The notes below the pieces were generated by a model. The model was given only the letters and a program-made list of their open reading frames with translations. It searched no databases and was not told the DNA's origin. Made by a program: the position numbers and the translations under genes. DNA of 20,000 nucleotides, from the IMG/VR virus record IMGVR_UViG_2822120212_000001, positions 45,704-65,703 of that record; one strand, given 5' to 3'. Of the stretch, positions 1-9,366 are shown piece by piece; position 1 is the stretch's first letter, and every line of letters starts with the position of its first letter. The DNA is from an uncultured virus (IMG/VR IMGVR_UViG_2822120212_000001). Taxonomy: Duplodnaviria > Heunggongvirae > Uroviricota > Caudoviricetes.

Positions 1-1
1 T

Positions 2-3000
2 ACACGAAGCCTTATCGATAGGTTATACGCACAAATCATGGGTAGCTTATCAAATAAAGCATCTAAAGAATTACTAGATTTGTTAGATAAGAAACTTCAA
101 GAAAATGTAACAGAAACAGAAGTCATTCGAAAAGAGTCGGAAGCAGCGAAGAAAATTGCTGAACAAGTGGCTGAAAACTTGAAGAATAATACCGTTGATA
201 TTATTGAAGGCGTAAATCCACCAACAGCAAACTTAAAGGATAGAAAGACGTTGTGGCAAGATATTAGTAAAGGGAAACCGGGTATTCTGAAATTGTGGAA
301 GGATGGCAAATGGGATCCTGTTATTCCTGATGTGGAATCCGTTAAGAAAGAAACGTTGGAACAAGTGAGCAAAGATATCGAGACCACAAAAAGCGAATTA
401 AATCAAAAGGTTCAAGAAGCGCAAAAACAAGCAACAGGGCAATTTAATGAAGTGAAAGAAAGCTTACAAGGTGTTAGTCGTATCATTTCTGATGTGCAAA
501 ATAAACAGGGTGAAATTGATAAAAAGGTAACAAAGTTTGAGCAGGATTCTAATGGGTTTAAATTATCTATTGAATCGTTAACTAAAAAAGATACTGATAT
601 CAGCAATAAATTAAATACAGTCGAGCAAACAGCGGAAGGTACGAAAAAGACAATTTCCTCTGTGCAAGAGACGATAAATAGTTTTGAATCAGGTTCAAGA
701 AACTTTCAGAAAAACGGTTCGTTTGCTGATGAAATACATGGATGGGGGCAATATGTAGCTTCTGGTCAACCGACAAATCAAAAACCAACACTTACGGTTA
801 TTGATGATAGTTTATCAGGTACAAAAAAAGCTGCAACAATTAAATTTATTGATAATTGGTCAAATGGTTTCTATAATCCACACACAGTGAAATTAACACC
901 AGGTGAAGAGTATACATGGTTCGTATTTCTTAAAGCTAACAAAGCTGGAAAGATTTCAGTCGGTAGCGAGCAAAGTGGTAGTGGTACTCGCATACTAGAC
1001 GTTACTACTACGGGAGCTTACTATTTTCATACTTTTAAAGCATCTGAAACCGGTGCATCAGCATTTAGGATATATTCGCTTGCAGAATTAAAAAACGTAG
1101 ATTTCTCTGTCACAGTAAAAGATTTAGTTCTTGTGAAAGGTAATATAAAACCTGCTGCATGGTTTCCTGCACCAGAAGATCAAGTTGCTCTACCAGATTT
1201 CAAAAAAGTAACAACTGAAATTACGGAGCAAGCTGGAAAGATTAGTGAGAAGTTAACAAGTGTAGAAAAGAAATTTGATGAGCAAGAAATAGGAGTGCGT
1301 AATTTAATATCAGACACGAAATATTGGGAAACAACACAAGTAGCTTCAAATTCAGCGTATGGAATATTTAAATATGATTTAAATCCATTGTTTAGTACAT
1401 TAGTTGAGCAAACTGTTACCTTCAGTTTCGAAGTGAAAATTATCACGAATGATAACACTGAGGGAAGGGTTCAATTTTATGGTGCTAATGGTTCTCCAAA
1501 ATATACTTTTGCTCAAAAAGTTTTTACAGGCATAAATAAAGATTTTCAGAGGGTTACTTACACTACTAAAATTCAGGAGATTCCTAGTAACGCTGGACAA
1601 GCAAGAATAGAGTTTTGGGGAATAGATGCTAAAACAACAAAAATCATTATTCAAAACTTTAAACTTGAAAAGGGGAACAAAGCCACTGGATGGACACCTG
1701 CACCAGAAGATCAAGTAACAAATGATGAATTCACAAAAAAAACAACCGAGATTGAAAAAAGTGTGATTGGAATCAAAGAAACAGTAACAAAAGTAGACAA
1801 TAATCAAAGTGGATTTGATAAGCGTGTAACAGCAGTAGAGAAAACCGCTGAAGGTATTTCTCAAAACGTTACCAAGTTACAAGAAACACAAACGACACAA
1901 GGTAAACAGATTACTGAAGCACAATCTACAATTAAACAACATTCTGATGCGCTGAATTTAGCTGTAAAAATGAAAGATGTTGAAGATTACGTTGGAGGAA
2001 TTGGTAACCAAACGGTTTTACGCAATGTTTTGTGGAAAAACGACACGAAATATTGGCAATTAACTTCAAACGCAGCAAGAGATACACAAGTAACTTATAA
2101 GGGGTGCAATTCACTTAGTGTTATCACTACAGGTAATGCGAGTAATTTGTATAAAGGGGCATCACACGATTATATAAACGCTGGGCCTGGATGGAATTAT
2201 GTTTTCTCTGCTTACTTTTATACAGATAATAAAGCTAGTATAGATGCCGGAGCTGCTATCGAACTTCAGTGTTACGATGTAAACAATAAAATGATTAAAA
2301 ATTACTTACAAGAAATAACTATTTCACAAGGTACATGGATTCGTACACATGTGGCAGGGCTATTAGTCGAAGGCACAAAGAAAGTTAAAGTGCTGTTTTG
2401 GGTTCGTAAAAATGGTCGTCTATGGATGGCGCAACCTATGCTACAAATTGGTGAAAAACCATCATCATTTATGGAAAATCCAGCTGATATTGCTGGTACG
2501 GATGAATTAATCGAAGAAGTGGGAAAGAAAGTAGCTACACTAGATTACAATCAGAAAACAACTGAACTAGAGCGTCTTATTTCTGCCAATGCGCAGGGGA
2601 TTAGTCTTGCTGCAGTAAAAAACGAAGTATATACAAAACAACAGGCTGACGGAAAATATGCGGATAAAGCGTATGTAGAAAAACAAGCAGGACGTATTGA
2701 CGTAACTGAAAAAGCGATTACTAGTACCGTCCAAAAAGGCGATATTATCTCGGCTATTAACCAGACGGCAGAACAGATTCAAATTGATGTTGCGAAGTTG
2801 AAAATCAACGCTGATACCATTGTAAAATGGCTCACTGCAACAGGTATTAATGCAGATGTAATTAAAATCGAAAATGGGAAAGTTACGATCGATAAGAATG
2901 GTATTACAGCAAAAATGGCTGACTTCTTTTTTGAAGATGAGCGCGGGCAGAAATTTTCAGTAACACCAAGAACGAATCTCATTCCAGATCATGACTTTTC

Positions 3001-3967
3001 ACACATTTCTTTTACTACTGTTAATAATAATTTTTTGAAGATCGAATACAGTCCTACATGGACAATTATGTCTAGTCCATATATTGAGAAACCAGTGGTT
3101 AATAATTATGAGCCAATGGTTAATCCGATGCGGATAGATTTAGGAAACTGGATTCGATTTACATTATTTGAAGGGGTAAAACCAGGTAAGAAATACACAT
3201 TGTCGGCTCATTTCAGAGCAACTACCAATGATAATCGTGTAAACATTACAAACAAGCCAATCATGAGAGCGGTATTCGGTAAATATAACGGTGACACTCC
3301 CGTGGAGCTTGGACGAGCATCAAAAACTTACGATGCACCAAGCATTCAAACTGGAAAAATAGTAAGATACGCTTTAACCTTCACTGTTCCGAGCAACTAT
3401 GTAGAAGGAAATGGGTATGTTTATATCGATTTATTTGGCGAGGGGCTCTTAAATAATATGCAAGCAATTGCTGTATCAGGTGTTCAGTTGGTGGAAGGTG
3501 ACGTTCCTTCCGTTTATAACTGGGATACAACACATGGACAACTCGTAAACGGAACACTGCCTTTTTCTACAATTGCACTTGGTACAAAAGATAATGTTAT
3601 TTACCACAATCATGTGAACAAATGGAACTATATGAATGCGCCACTTGAAATCATAAGTAATGGCGAAATGATGGCACTCGTTGGAAGCGATCGTGCAGGA
3701 CTCAGTTTTTATCCCCGTGGCGGTGGAGAACGTAGAAGTTACATCGGTCACATTTACAACAATGAAAATAGATTTCGGATTGAATCAAAAGATCCTGTTG
3801 CAACGACACAATCAATTGAATGTAATGGGATTAACGTATGTGGTGGATACTTTGGTGCTAATGCAGGTTCTATTCATTATACAAATGGTAGCTTAGGTTT
3901 AGGGTGGTATTTCCATGATGGCCGATGGAATTATGTTGATTTCACAAATATGACTTCTAGAACATAG
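2..3967 (+). CDS. Phage tail / minor structural (host-recognition) protein, 5'-truncated by the window edge
   Basis: Frame open from base 2 (TRSLIDRLYAQI before the ATG at 38). Coiled-coil spacers alternate with carbohydrate-binding-like modules (RN...KGN.....W.PAPEDQV); IISAINQTAEQIQIDVAKLKINA motif typical of siphophage tail proteins; lies just upstream of lysis genes. Confidence 0.88.
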   Translation, partial: TRSLIDRLYAQIMGSLSNKASKELLDLLDKKLQENVTETEVIRKESEAAKKIAEQVAENLKNNTVDIIEGVNPPTANLKDRKTLWQDISKGKPGILKLWKDGKWDPVIPDVESVKKETLEQVSKDIETTKSELNQKVQEAQKQATGQFNEVKESLQGVSRIISDVQNKQGEIDKKVTKFEQDSNGFKLSIESLTKKDTDISNKLNTVEQTAEGTKKTISSVQETINSFESGSRNFQKNGSFADEIHGWGQYVASGQPTNQKPTLTVIDDSLSGTKKAATIKFIDNWSNGFYNPHTVKLTPGEEYTWFVFLKANKAGKISVGSEQSGSGTRILDVTTTGAYYFHTFKASETGASAFRIYSLAELKNVDFSVTVKDLVLVKGNIKPAAWFPAPEDQVALPDFKKVTTEITEQAGKISEKLTSVEKKFDEQEIGVRNLISDTKYWETTQVASNSAYGIFKYDLNPLFSTLVEQTVTFSFEVKIITNDNTEGRVQFYGANGSPKYTFAQKVFTGINKDFQRVTYTTKIQEIPSNAGQARIEFWGIDAKTTKIIIQNFKLEKGNKATGWTPAPEDQVTNDEFTKKTTEIEKSVIGIKETVTKVDNNQSGFDKRVTAVEKTAEGISQNVTKLQETQTTQGKQITEAQSTIKQHSDALNLAVKMKDVEDYVGGIGNQTVLRNVLWKNDTKYWQLTSNAARDTQVTYKGCNSLSVITTGNASNLYKGASHDYINAGPGWNYVFSAYFYTDNKASIDAGAAIELQCYDVNNKMIKNYLQEITISQGTWIRTHVAGLLVEGTKKVKVLFWVRKNGRLWMAQPMLQIGEKPSSFMENPADIAGTDELIEEVGKKVATLDYNQKTTELERLISANAQGISLAAVKNEVYTKQQADGKYADKAYVEKQAGRIDVTEKAITSTVQKGDIISAINQTAEQIQIDVAKLKINADTIVKWLTATGINADVIKIENGKVTIDKNGITAKMADFFFEDERGQKFSVTPRTNLIPDHDFSHISFTTVNNNFLKIEYSPTWTIMSSPYIEKPVVNNYEPMVNPMRIDLGNWIRFTLFEGVKPGKKYTLSAHFRATTNDNRVNITNKPIMRAVFGKYNGDTPVELGRASKTYDAPSIQTGKIVRYALTFTVPSNYVEGNGYVYIDLFGEGLLNNMQAIAVSGVQLVEGDVPSVYNWDTTHGQLVNGTLPFSTIALGTKDNVIYHNHVNKWNYMNAPLEIISNGEMMALVGSDRAGLSFYPRGGGERRSYIGHIYNNENRFRIESKDPVATTQSIECNGINVCGGYFGANAGSIHYTNGSLGLGWYFHDGRWNYVDFTNMTSRT

Positions 3968-3975
3968 AGAGGGAG

Positions 3976-4380
3976 ATGAGTATGAACCCAGACAAATTTA
4001 TGCGTCCAATGCCACCTAATGAACAGTCACCATTCTTAGGTAGAGTAGTTGATTTGAAGAAAGGTGAAAATCAAGTCACCGTTAGCATTCCAAACGATAT
4101 GCTAGAATTTTGCGGTATCAAAGAAGATACAAAAGTAGAAGTTTGGGGGCTTCCTGATGGTACGCTGAGTATTCGCATTGCTACTGCATGTGACTTATGT
4201 AATAAGGGTGGCAGAGTTTACGAGATTGAGCTTTTCGGTAAAGTAAGTCATATCTGTGCAGACGATTATGTAAAGCTAACTGGAAAGAGACCAGGGGCTT
4301 CTGATGAAGTAACAATTGAACATGTGGAAGAAGTAGAAAATAGAGTAATAGAGGGGGCATTATCAGCAGATCAGTATTAA
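3976..4380 (+). CDS. AbrB/MazE/SpoVT-like DNA-binding protein with C-terminal Cys motif
   Basis: RBS GAGAGGGAG; GRVVDL...VSIPNDMLEFCGIKEDTKVEV resembles the swapped-hairpin fold; CDLC...HIC tail resembles Firmicute AbrB C-termini. Confidence 0.6.
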   Translation: MSMNPDKFMRPMPPNEQSPFLGRVVDLKKGENQVTVSIPNDMLEFCGIKEDTKVEVWGLPDGTLSIRIATACDLCNKGGRVYEIELFGKVSHICADDYVKLTGKRPGASDEVTIEHVEEVENRVIEGALSADQY

Positions 4381-4451
4381 CTAAATACATGTAAGCAAGT
4401 AGGGCAGCCCTGAGCTGTTTTTAATTTTGAATAAAATATTGTTTTTATAAC

Positions 4452-4479
4452 AAAGAGGAGCGATTTCGCTGCTCTTTTT
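4452..4479 (+). terminator. Intrinsic terminator-like hairpin before lysis genes
   Basis: AAAGAGGAGCGA TT TCGCTGCTCTTTTT imperfect stem plus T-run. Confidence 0.55.
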
Positions 4480-4501
4480 ATTTTGAAATGAGGTGGTTAA
4501 A

Positions 4502-4726
4502 GTGGAAGGGTTACAAGAGGTAAAAGGCGATGTTCAAGAAATTAAGCAAGAAATTAAGGAAATAAGGTTAGAGATTAAAAGTTTGGAGATGCGTACAACA
4601 GGCAACGAGAAAGATATTGATAATATCAACAAGCAACTAGATAAAATTAGCGCAAATACTACCTGGATTTTACGACTTATTGTAGGTGGACTTGTTGGGG
4701 CTGCTCTTACTTTCTTATTGAAATGA
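4502..4726 (+). CDS. XhlA (haemolysin)-family phage lysis protein
   Basis: RBS GAGGTGG then GTG at 4502; N-terminal coiled coil, then NTTWILRLIVGGLVGAALTFLL transmembrane helix; precedes holin. Confidence 0.8.
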   Translation: MEGLQEVKGDVQEIKQEIKEIRLEIKSLEMRTTGNEKDIDNINKQLDKISANTTWILRLIVGGLVGAALTFLLK

Positions 4727-4737
4727 GGTGGTATGTA

Positions 4738-4977
4738 ATGTTTGAAATTACAGTAATGATTGGCATTGTAGTAGGTCTTTCGCAAATTGGAAAAACAATT
4801 GGATTACAAACAAAATATGTTCCGTTACTAAATTTAACGCTTGGCATTGTGCTAGGCGTTTTATTTTTGGCCGGAGATATCAAAACAAATGTATTTCAAA
4901 GAATCATCATCGGACTGTCAGCAAGTGGACTATTTGATCACACAAAAATTATGAAAAAGGATGTTGATGAAAAATGA
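4738..4977 (+). CDS. Phage holin
   Basis: RBS GAGGTGG, ATG at 4738; three hydrophobic segments, GLSASGLFD motif, charged C-tail; overlaps endolysin start (ATGA). Confidence 0.85.
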   Translation: MFEITVMIGIVVGLSQIGKTIGLQTKYVPLLNLTLGIVLGVLFLAGDIKTNVFQRIIIGLSASGLFDHTKIMKKDVDEK

Positions 4978-6038
4978 AAAAGACATTAAAACATATTTCT
5001 TCTATAGTCTTTGCGGTTATTTTAGTTTTATCTATTGCAACAAGTGCTTTTGCTGATAGAACGCTTATTATTCCTGATTTACCTAAACAACCATATCGTT
5101 ACGGTGTTGGTGCTTACGAGGGCGTTGTAGCTCATTCTACGGCGACTCCAGAAGCTCCAGCTATTAACATTCAAAAATATGAATCTCGTACATGGAGAAA
5201 TGCATTCGTTCATTATGCAGTCGATTGGAATGAAACAATCCAAATTGCTGATACAAAGTACATTGCTTATGGTGGTGGACCTGCTGCGAATAAGCGTTTT
5301 GTCCACGTTGAATTATGTGAAACAGCAGACTATGCAAAATTCAAACGTTCATATGAAAAATACGTAAAACTTTTAGCGGAAATTTTAAAAGATAACAAGA
5401 TATCTGTAGAAAAAGGATTGTGGACACATAGCGATGTAACTCATCACCTTGGCGGTACAGATCATGAAGATCCAATTGATTACTTAAAGTCTCATGGCGT
5501 TTCAGAAGCTCAATTTAGAGCGGATGTACAACGAGCATATAATAATTCTAGTGCTGATGTTTCTGTTCCTGAAAAACCATCTAAACCAGAAGAAGTACCA
5601 ACAGCTGTAACAGACGGTATTGCTTATATTGAAGGCTACAACGTTAATTTACGTAAAGGACCTGGTACAAGTTATTCTAAGATTCGTCAACTAAACAAAC
5701 CAGAATCTTATATTGTGTGGGCGGAAAAGGATGGTTGGTTAAATCTCGGTGGAGATCAGTGGATTAAGAACGATTCATCTTATGTGAAGTTTAATAAGAA
5801 AAGTACAGTAGATTCTTCTATTGTTGGAAAGCGTGTTGTTTCAAAAGTTAACAATCTACGTTTCTATGATGCTCCATCTTGGCAGGATAAAGATGTTGCT
5901 GGTTCTGTAGATACTGGTTTAGGATTCACAATTGATGCAAAAGTAAGGGTAAATGGCTCACCGCAATATAAAGTACACAATAGTAAAGGTAAAACATACT
6001 ATGTAACAGCAAATGAAGCCTATGTGTATGTGAAATAA
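4974..6038 (+). CDS. N-acetylmuramoyl-L-alanine amidase endolysin (Amidase_2 + SH3b-like) with Sec signal peptide
   Basis: Signal peptide ending AFA; VAHSTA, AFVHYAVD, VELC, THSDV, TDHEDP amidase motifs; NVNLRKGPGTSY SH3b motif. Confidence 0.93.
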   Translation: MKKTLKHISSIVFAVILVLSIATSAFADRTLIIPDLPKQPYRYGVGAYEGVVAHSTATPEAPAINIQKYESRTWRNAFVHYAVDWNETIQIADTKYIAYGGGPAANKRFVHVELCETADYAKFKRSYEKYVKLLAEILKDNKISVEKGLWTHSDVTHHLGGTDHEDPIDYLKSHGVSEAQFRADVQRAYNNSSADVSVPEKPSKPEEVPTAVTDGIAYIEGYNVNLRKGPGTSYSKIRQLNKPESYIVWAEKDGWLNLGGDQWIKNDSSYVKFNKKSTVDSSIVGKRVVSKVNNLRFYDAPSWQDKDVAGSVDTGLGFTIDAKVRVNGSPQYKVHNSKGKTYYVTANEAYVYVK

Positions 6039-6042
6039 CAAG

Positions 6043-6080
6043 AAAAAGGGGAGCTACTCATAGAGTAGCTCCCCTTTTTT
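6043..6080. terminator. Bidirectional intrinsic terminator
   Basis: AAAAAGGGGAGCTACTC ATA GAGTAGCTCCCCTTTTTT between convergent genes. Confidence 0.9.
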
Positions 6081-6099
6081 ATAGTTCTATTTTTATATT

Positions 6100-6594
6100 T
6101 TACCAAGGTGCATTATAAAGCATAGTCACAACTTCAGCTCTTGTTGCAAATTCATTTCCACGAGTTCCATCAAAGATACCCAATTGCTTTGCACGAATAT
6201 CTGAGAAATAGAATCCGTTTTCTGGACTCCACACACTATTATTTCTCATTTGTAATACCATTGCAGCAGCTTCGCTACGTGTGATCCAATTGGTTCCACG
6301 AGAACCGTCTGATATGCCATTGTTTATTACATGTCTACGAGCATCGTCATAACTTACATTAACTGCTCCTCCATGGTTATAACGAGTGATCATTAACCAC
6401 ATATCTTGTCGAGTAGCTAGGTTATCTGCCATATAAGCAGTGATAATTCCGTTTCTCATCGCCCAATTCATTTGGGTATCTGACCAATGCGCTGATGCTT
6501 CTTTAGGAGCGACTGTTGCGAAACCAGCAGATAACATAACAGCTGCAGCAGCAACGACCATGATTTTTTTAAGTTTTTTTAACATACTTTCCAT
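6100..6594 (-). CDS. Secreted protein with SLH-like repeats (moron)
   Basis: Signal peptide ending EASA; HWS...WAMRNGII, ATRQDM, ITRSEAA, ATRAEVVTMLY resemble S-layer-homology motifs. Start could be 6585. Confidence 0.7.
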   Translation of the reverse strand: MESMLKKLKKIMVVAAAAVMLSAGFATVAPKEASAHWSDTQMNWAMRNGIITAYMADNLATRQDMWLMITRYNHGGAVNVSYDDARRHVINNGISDGSRGTNWITRSEAAAMVLQMRNNSVWSPENGFYFSDIRAKQLGIFDGTRGNEFATRAEVVTMLYNAPW

Positions 6595-6763
6595 CCCTTT
6601 CCCCTATGTAAAATTATTACATCTATTATATTACGGTATTTGGTTTTCAGAGTAAATTGATATATCAGAATTTAGGGTATTCTTTTAGTCATATTTTGTG
6701 AACTCGATAACAAAAATGGAATTCAATTAAACACTATGAAAGGTTGGAGGTATGAAGTTAAGT

Positions 6764-6802
6764 AAAAAGAGGGTCTACTCAACTTTGAGTAGGCCCTCTT
6801 TT
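6764..6802 (-). terminator. Intrinsic terminator after yolD-like gene
   Basis: AAAAAGAGGGTCTACTC AACTTT GAGTAGGCCCTCTTTTT. Confidence 0.85.
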
Positions 6803-7139
6803 TTAATTTATATTCACTAATTCATCAAATTTAAATTCCGTACTCAATCCAAATGCATCTGTACAATACACTGTTTTTAGCATTGGTTCGATGTGTAAAA
6901 CATTTATGTACATATCTTGAATCATCCCGTCACGGTAGTATGAAATTAATATTTCTTCATGAGATTGCATTGATTGAATAAGACTACGTTCAATCTGTTC
7001 TTGCATATCTTCACTAACAATTGGTTTCGGTACTTTATTTTTTATGACTTTTTACAATTTAGGTCTTGATAACGAACGGTTGCCATTTCACCATGCCACG
7101 ACCTTTTATTTTAGGTGTTCCCCAGCTTTGACTTTCCAT
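6803..7139 (-). pseudogene. yolD: YolD-like protein, disrupted (internal stop and frameshift)
   Basis: ATG 7139 with RBS GGGGGA gives MESQSWGTPKIKGRGMVKWQPF (YolD RGMxKWxPF motif), then VIKT-stop at 7059-7061; the NKVPKPIVSEDMQEQIE...FKFDELVNIN half is in another frame (337 bp total, not a multiple of 3). Confidence 0.85.
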
Positions 7140-7170
7140 GATGATCCCCCGATTCGTGTAATTTATGTTC

Positions 7171-7192
7171 ATTATACACGAGCGTACGTTCT
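7171..7192 (-). promoter_or_regulatory. LexA (SOS/Cheo) box adjacent to TATAAT -10 of yolD
   Basis: Minus strand AGAACGTACGCTCG TG TATAAT; one mismatch to the GAAC-N4-GTTC core. Confidence 0.65.
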
Positions 7193-7194
7193 TT

Positions 7195-7434
7195 TTAAAC
7201 TGCTTTTTCTGCGTTGTTTTTCCCCTCTAATTCCTTATTTAAAAATTCTATTCGTCGTTGGATAAATTCAATTTCACTTCGGCGGGCTGCATTATATCCT
7301 TTGAAATGCCCTTTTGCGTAACCATCAGCAGCTTTTATTTCATTTTCAAAATCATTAATGCTATCTGTTAAGAATTGAATGCGTTCATTCATTATTTCTA
7401 TTAAATATTCAACAGATTTTCGCTCCATACCCAT
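7195..7434 (-). CDS. Hypothetical phage protein (helical)
   Basis: RBS AAGGAG, 79 aa, co-oriented with the HTH gene. Confidence 0.7.
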   Translation of the reverse strand: MGMERKSVEYLIEIMNERIQFLTDSINDFENEIKAADGYAKGHFKGYNAARRSEIEFIQRRIEFLNKELEGKNNAEKAV

Positions 7435-7471
7435 ATAAACAGCTCCTTTTTTTATAAAATTACACTTTTTT

Positions 7472-7702
7472 TTACATATACCAAAAGTCGGTTACTTGTT
7501 TTCTTGGTTCATGCTTCCGAACAACCTTCATAACCTTCTGCATAGTAGTTGGAGATGGTACATAATCTTTATCGTTACATAATTGGCCCAACGTATTTCT
7601 ATTCACTTTACTCACCTTGGAAAACTCCTGTATTGAATAATCGTAGTTAGCTAGAAATTTAGCTAGCTTTGTTTTATGCCTACCGATACCTCTGCCCCAC
7701 AC
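7472..7702 (-). CDS. Xre/Cro-like HTH transcriptional regulator
   Basis: RBS GGAGGAG; SIQEFSKVSKVNRNTLGQLCN HTH, PSPTTMQKV and DFW signatures. Confidence 0.85.
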   Translation of the reverse strand: MWGRGIGRHKTKLAKFLANYDYSIQEFSKVSKVNRNTLGQLCNDKDYVPSPTTMQKVMKVVRKHEPRKQVTDFWYM

Positions 7703-7810
7703 ATGAATCTCCTCCGTAATCCTTTTTAATCATCCTTGTCCAAAATGCAAAAAACTATACGCAATTGCACAAAAGATTTGGCATATTGTCCAAGCCATCC
7801 ACAATATGAT

Positions 7811-7930
7811 GTATCAAGGTTGCTGCCAAAGTAGCTACCAAAGTAAATAGCCTAATCGCTATCAAGGTAACTAGTATTTGTACTATCAAAGTAGCTATCA
7901 AGTTATCTATCAAGGTAACACTACCAAGGT
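7811..7930. repeat. Array of 10-bp direct repeats CTAYCAARGT on a 12-bp period
   Basis: Units start at 7811, 7823, 7835, 7859, 7883, 7895, 7907 and 7921 (last one offset by 2 bp). Confidence 0.9.
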
Positions 7931-7993
7931 ATTAAGCCGATAAACCCATGTATCATAAGGATTTCAAATTCTGTTTATAAAGGGGAGTTTTAT

Positions 7994-8188
7994 ATGGTAA
8001 CTACATTTATTTCATTAGGAGTTTTAGGGGCAACAACAATTGGTGGAGCAATATTAGAAAAGCATCTTGTAAAAAATGATCACGTTGCTGCAGCTAAACT
8101 TTTAAGTGATGGAATGTATCACGGAATGAGGATAGGTGGAGTTTGTTTCATCGGTTACGTATTTATTAAAATTTTAATCATGTTCTAG
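7994..8188 (+). CDS. Small two-helix membrane protein
   Basis: RBS AGGGGAG; two hydrophobic segments; first gene of the FtsK operon. Confidence 0.75.
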   Translation: MVTTFISLGVLGATTIGGAILEKHLVKNDHVAAAKLLSDGMYHGMRIGGVCFIGYVFIKILIMF

Positions 8189-8199
8189 GAGGTCGTGAA

Positions 8200-9366
8200 A
8201 TGGGAATCATCAAAGAATGGCTTCATAAACAAAGTTTAAAGAATCAACTTATAGAGGTATTTGGAAAAGCGGGTTTATATGTGGACCATCAAACTAGGGG
8301 TGGGAAAGTCCCAATTTACCCGAAGATACATGATATATCCTCTTCGAAAGAAAAGGTTCGATATATATTCACCATTCCGAACGGTTTGGATCCAAAGACT
8401 ATTGAAAAGAAATGGTTTTGCTTTCAACAAATATTAGGGAGGAATGTAGCGATTGAAGGTGATATTAAAAAGTTTGTGCTCAATGTGTTTCATTCAGATG
8501 CAGGACTACAAACATACAATTACAGTTATAAGAAATGGCAGCCATTATTAAAACGGCATCGTCTTCCTGTTGTGGTAGGTCGGGACCAATTTGGGAACAT
8601 GATTGTGTATGACATGGTTGAAGCAAATACACCACATTTACTCATTGCAGGTGAAACAGGGAGTGGTAAAAGTAGTATGGTACGTGTTGTTCTTTCCACA
8701 CTCATTCAATATATGTCTCCTGAAAAGTTGCATTTATACCTGGGTGACTTAAAAAACTCTGAATTTCATTTCTTGAGAAGAGTCAAACATGTAAAAGAGG
8801 TTTGCATGGAAGAAATCGAAATGAAAATCATGCTTCAGAAAGTGTGGAAGGAAATACGCGAACGTAGAAAGTTGATGGAAGAGTATGAAGTGGATCACAT
8901 TGATGAATACAACAAATTGAATCCTGGTAATCAGAAACCATATCTCTTACTTGCTATTGATGAAGTAGCGATGCTTCAAGATGAAAAGGAATGTATGTCC
9001 ACAATTGAAAAGATATCGGCAGTCGGTAGGGCGCTCGGTGTCTTCCTCATGCTTAGTATGCAACGTCCTGACGCAAAAGTATTAGATGGTAAGTTAAAAT
9101 TGAATATGACCGTAAGAATGGGCTTTAAATGTGCCGATACAATCAATAGCAACATCGTGGGTACACCTGGATCAGAACACTTGGAGCAATCGGGCCAAAT
9201 GATTTTAAAATTAAATGGTTTAAAGAAAGTTCAAGCTCCATTTTTAGAATTAAGCAAAGCGAAACAAATTGTAGGACCTTATCGTATTCCGAAAGAGGAT
9301 ATAACGCTTCAGAATCCTCCACAAAAAGAAAATAAATTGTTTGGGGTGTTAGATTATGAACAGTAG
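8200..9366 (+). CDS. FtsK/SpoIIIE-family ATPase
   Basis: PHLLIAGETGSGKS Walker A, DLK, LLLAIDEVA Walker B, GRALGV, QRPD motifs. Confidence 0.93.
   Translation: MGIIKEWLHKQSLKNQLIEVFGKAGLYVDHQTRGGKVPIYPKIHDISSSKEKVRYIFTIPNGLDPKTIEKKWFCFQQILGRNVAIEGDIKKFVLNVFHSDAGLQTYNYSYKKWQPLLKRHRLPVVVGRDQFGNMIVYDMVEANTPHLLIAGETGSGKSSMVRVVLSTLIQYMSPEKLHLYLGDLKNSEFHFLRRVKHVKEVCMEEIEMKIMLQKVWKEIRERRKLMEEYEVDHIDEYNKLNPGNQKPYLLLAIDEVAMLQDEKECMSTIEKISAVGRALGVFLMLSMQRPDAKVLDGKLKLNMTVRMGFKCADTINSNIVGTPGSEHLEQSGQMILKLNGLKKVQAPFLELSKAKQIVGPYRIPKEDITLQNPPQKENKLFGVLDYEQ

Noticed and set aside
97..3896. Short antisense/overlapping ORFs inside the tail gene (also 4181, 4534, 5079, 5179, 9380, 9690, 11209, 11337, 15409)
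   Set aside because: Shadow frames of well-supported genes, with no RBS or recognisable motif.
3600..3967. Diversity-generating retroelement variable repeat at the tail C-terminus
   Set aside because: No template repeat or reverse transcriptase seen in the window.
6440..7265. Plus-strand ORFs 6440-6655 and 7044-7265
   Set aside because: Antisense to the SLH-like gene and to the yolD region; no supporting signals.
7811..7930. 12-bp array as mini-CRISPR, or as related to the GCTACCAAC loops at 13918/13957
   Set aside because: No spacers; the shared CTACCAA heptamer is short and the array does not form similar hairpins, so likely coincidence.
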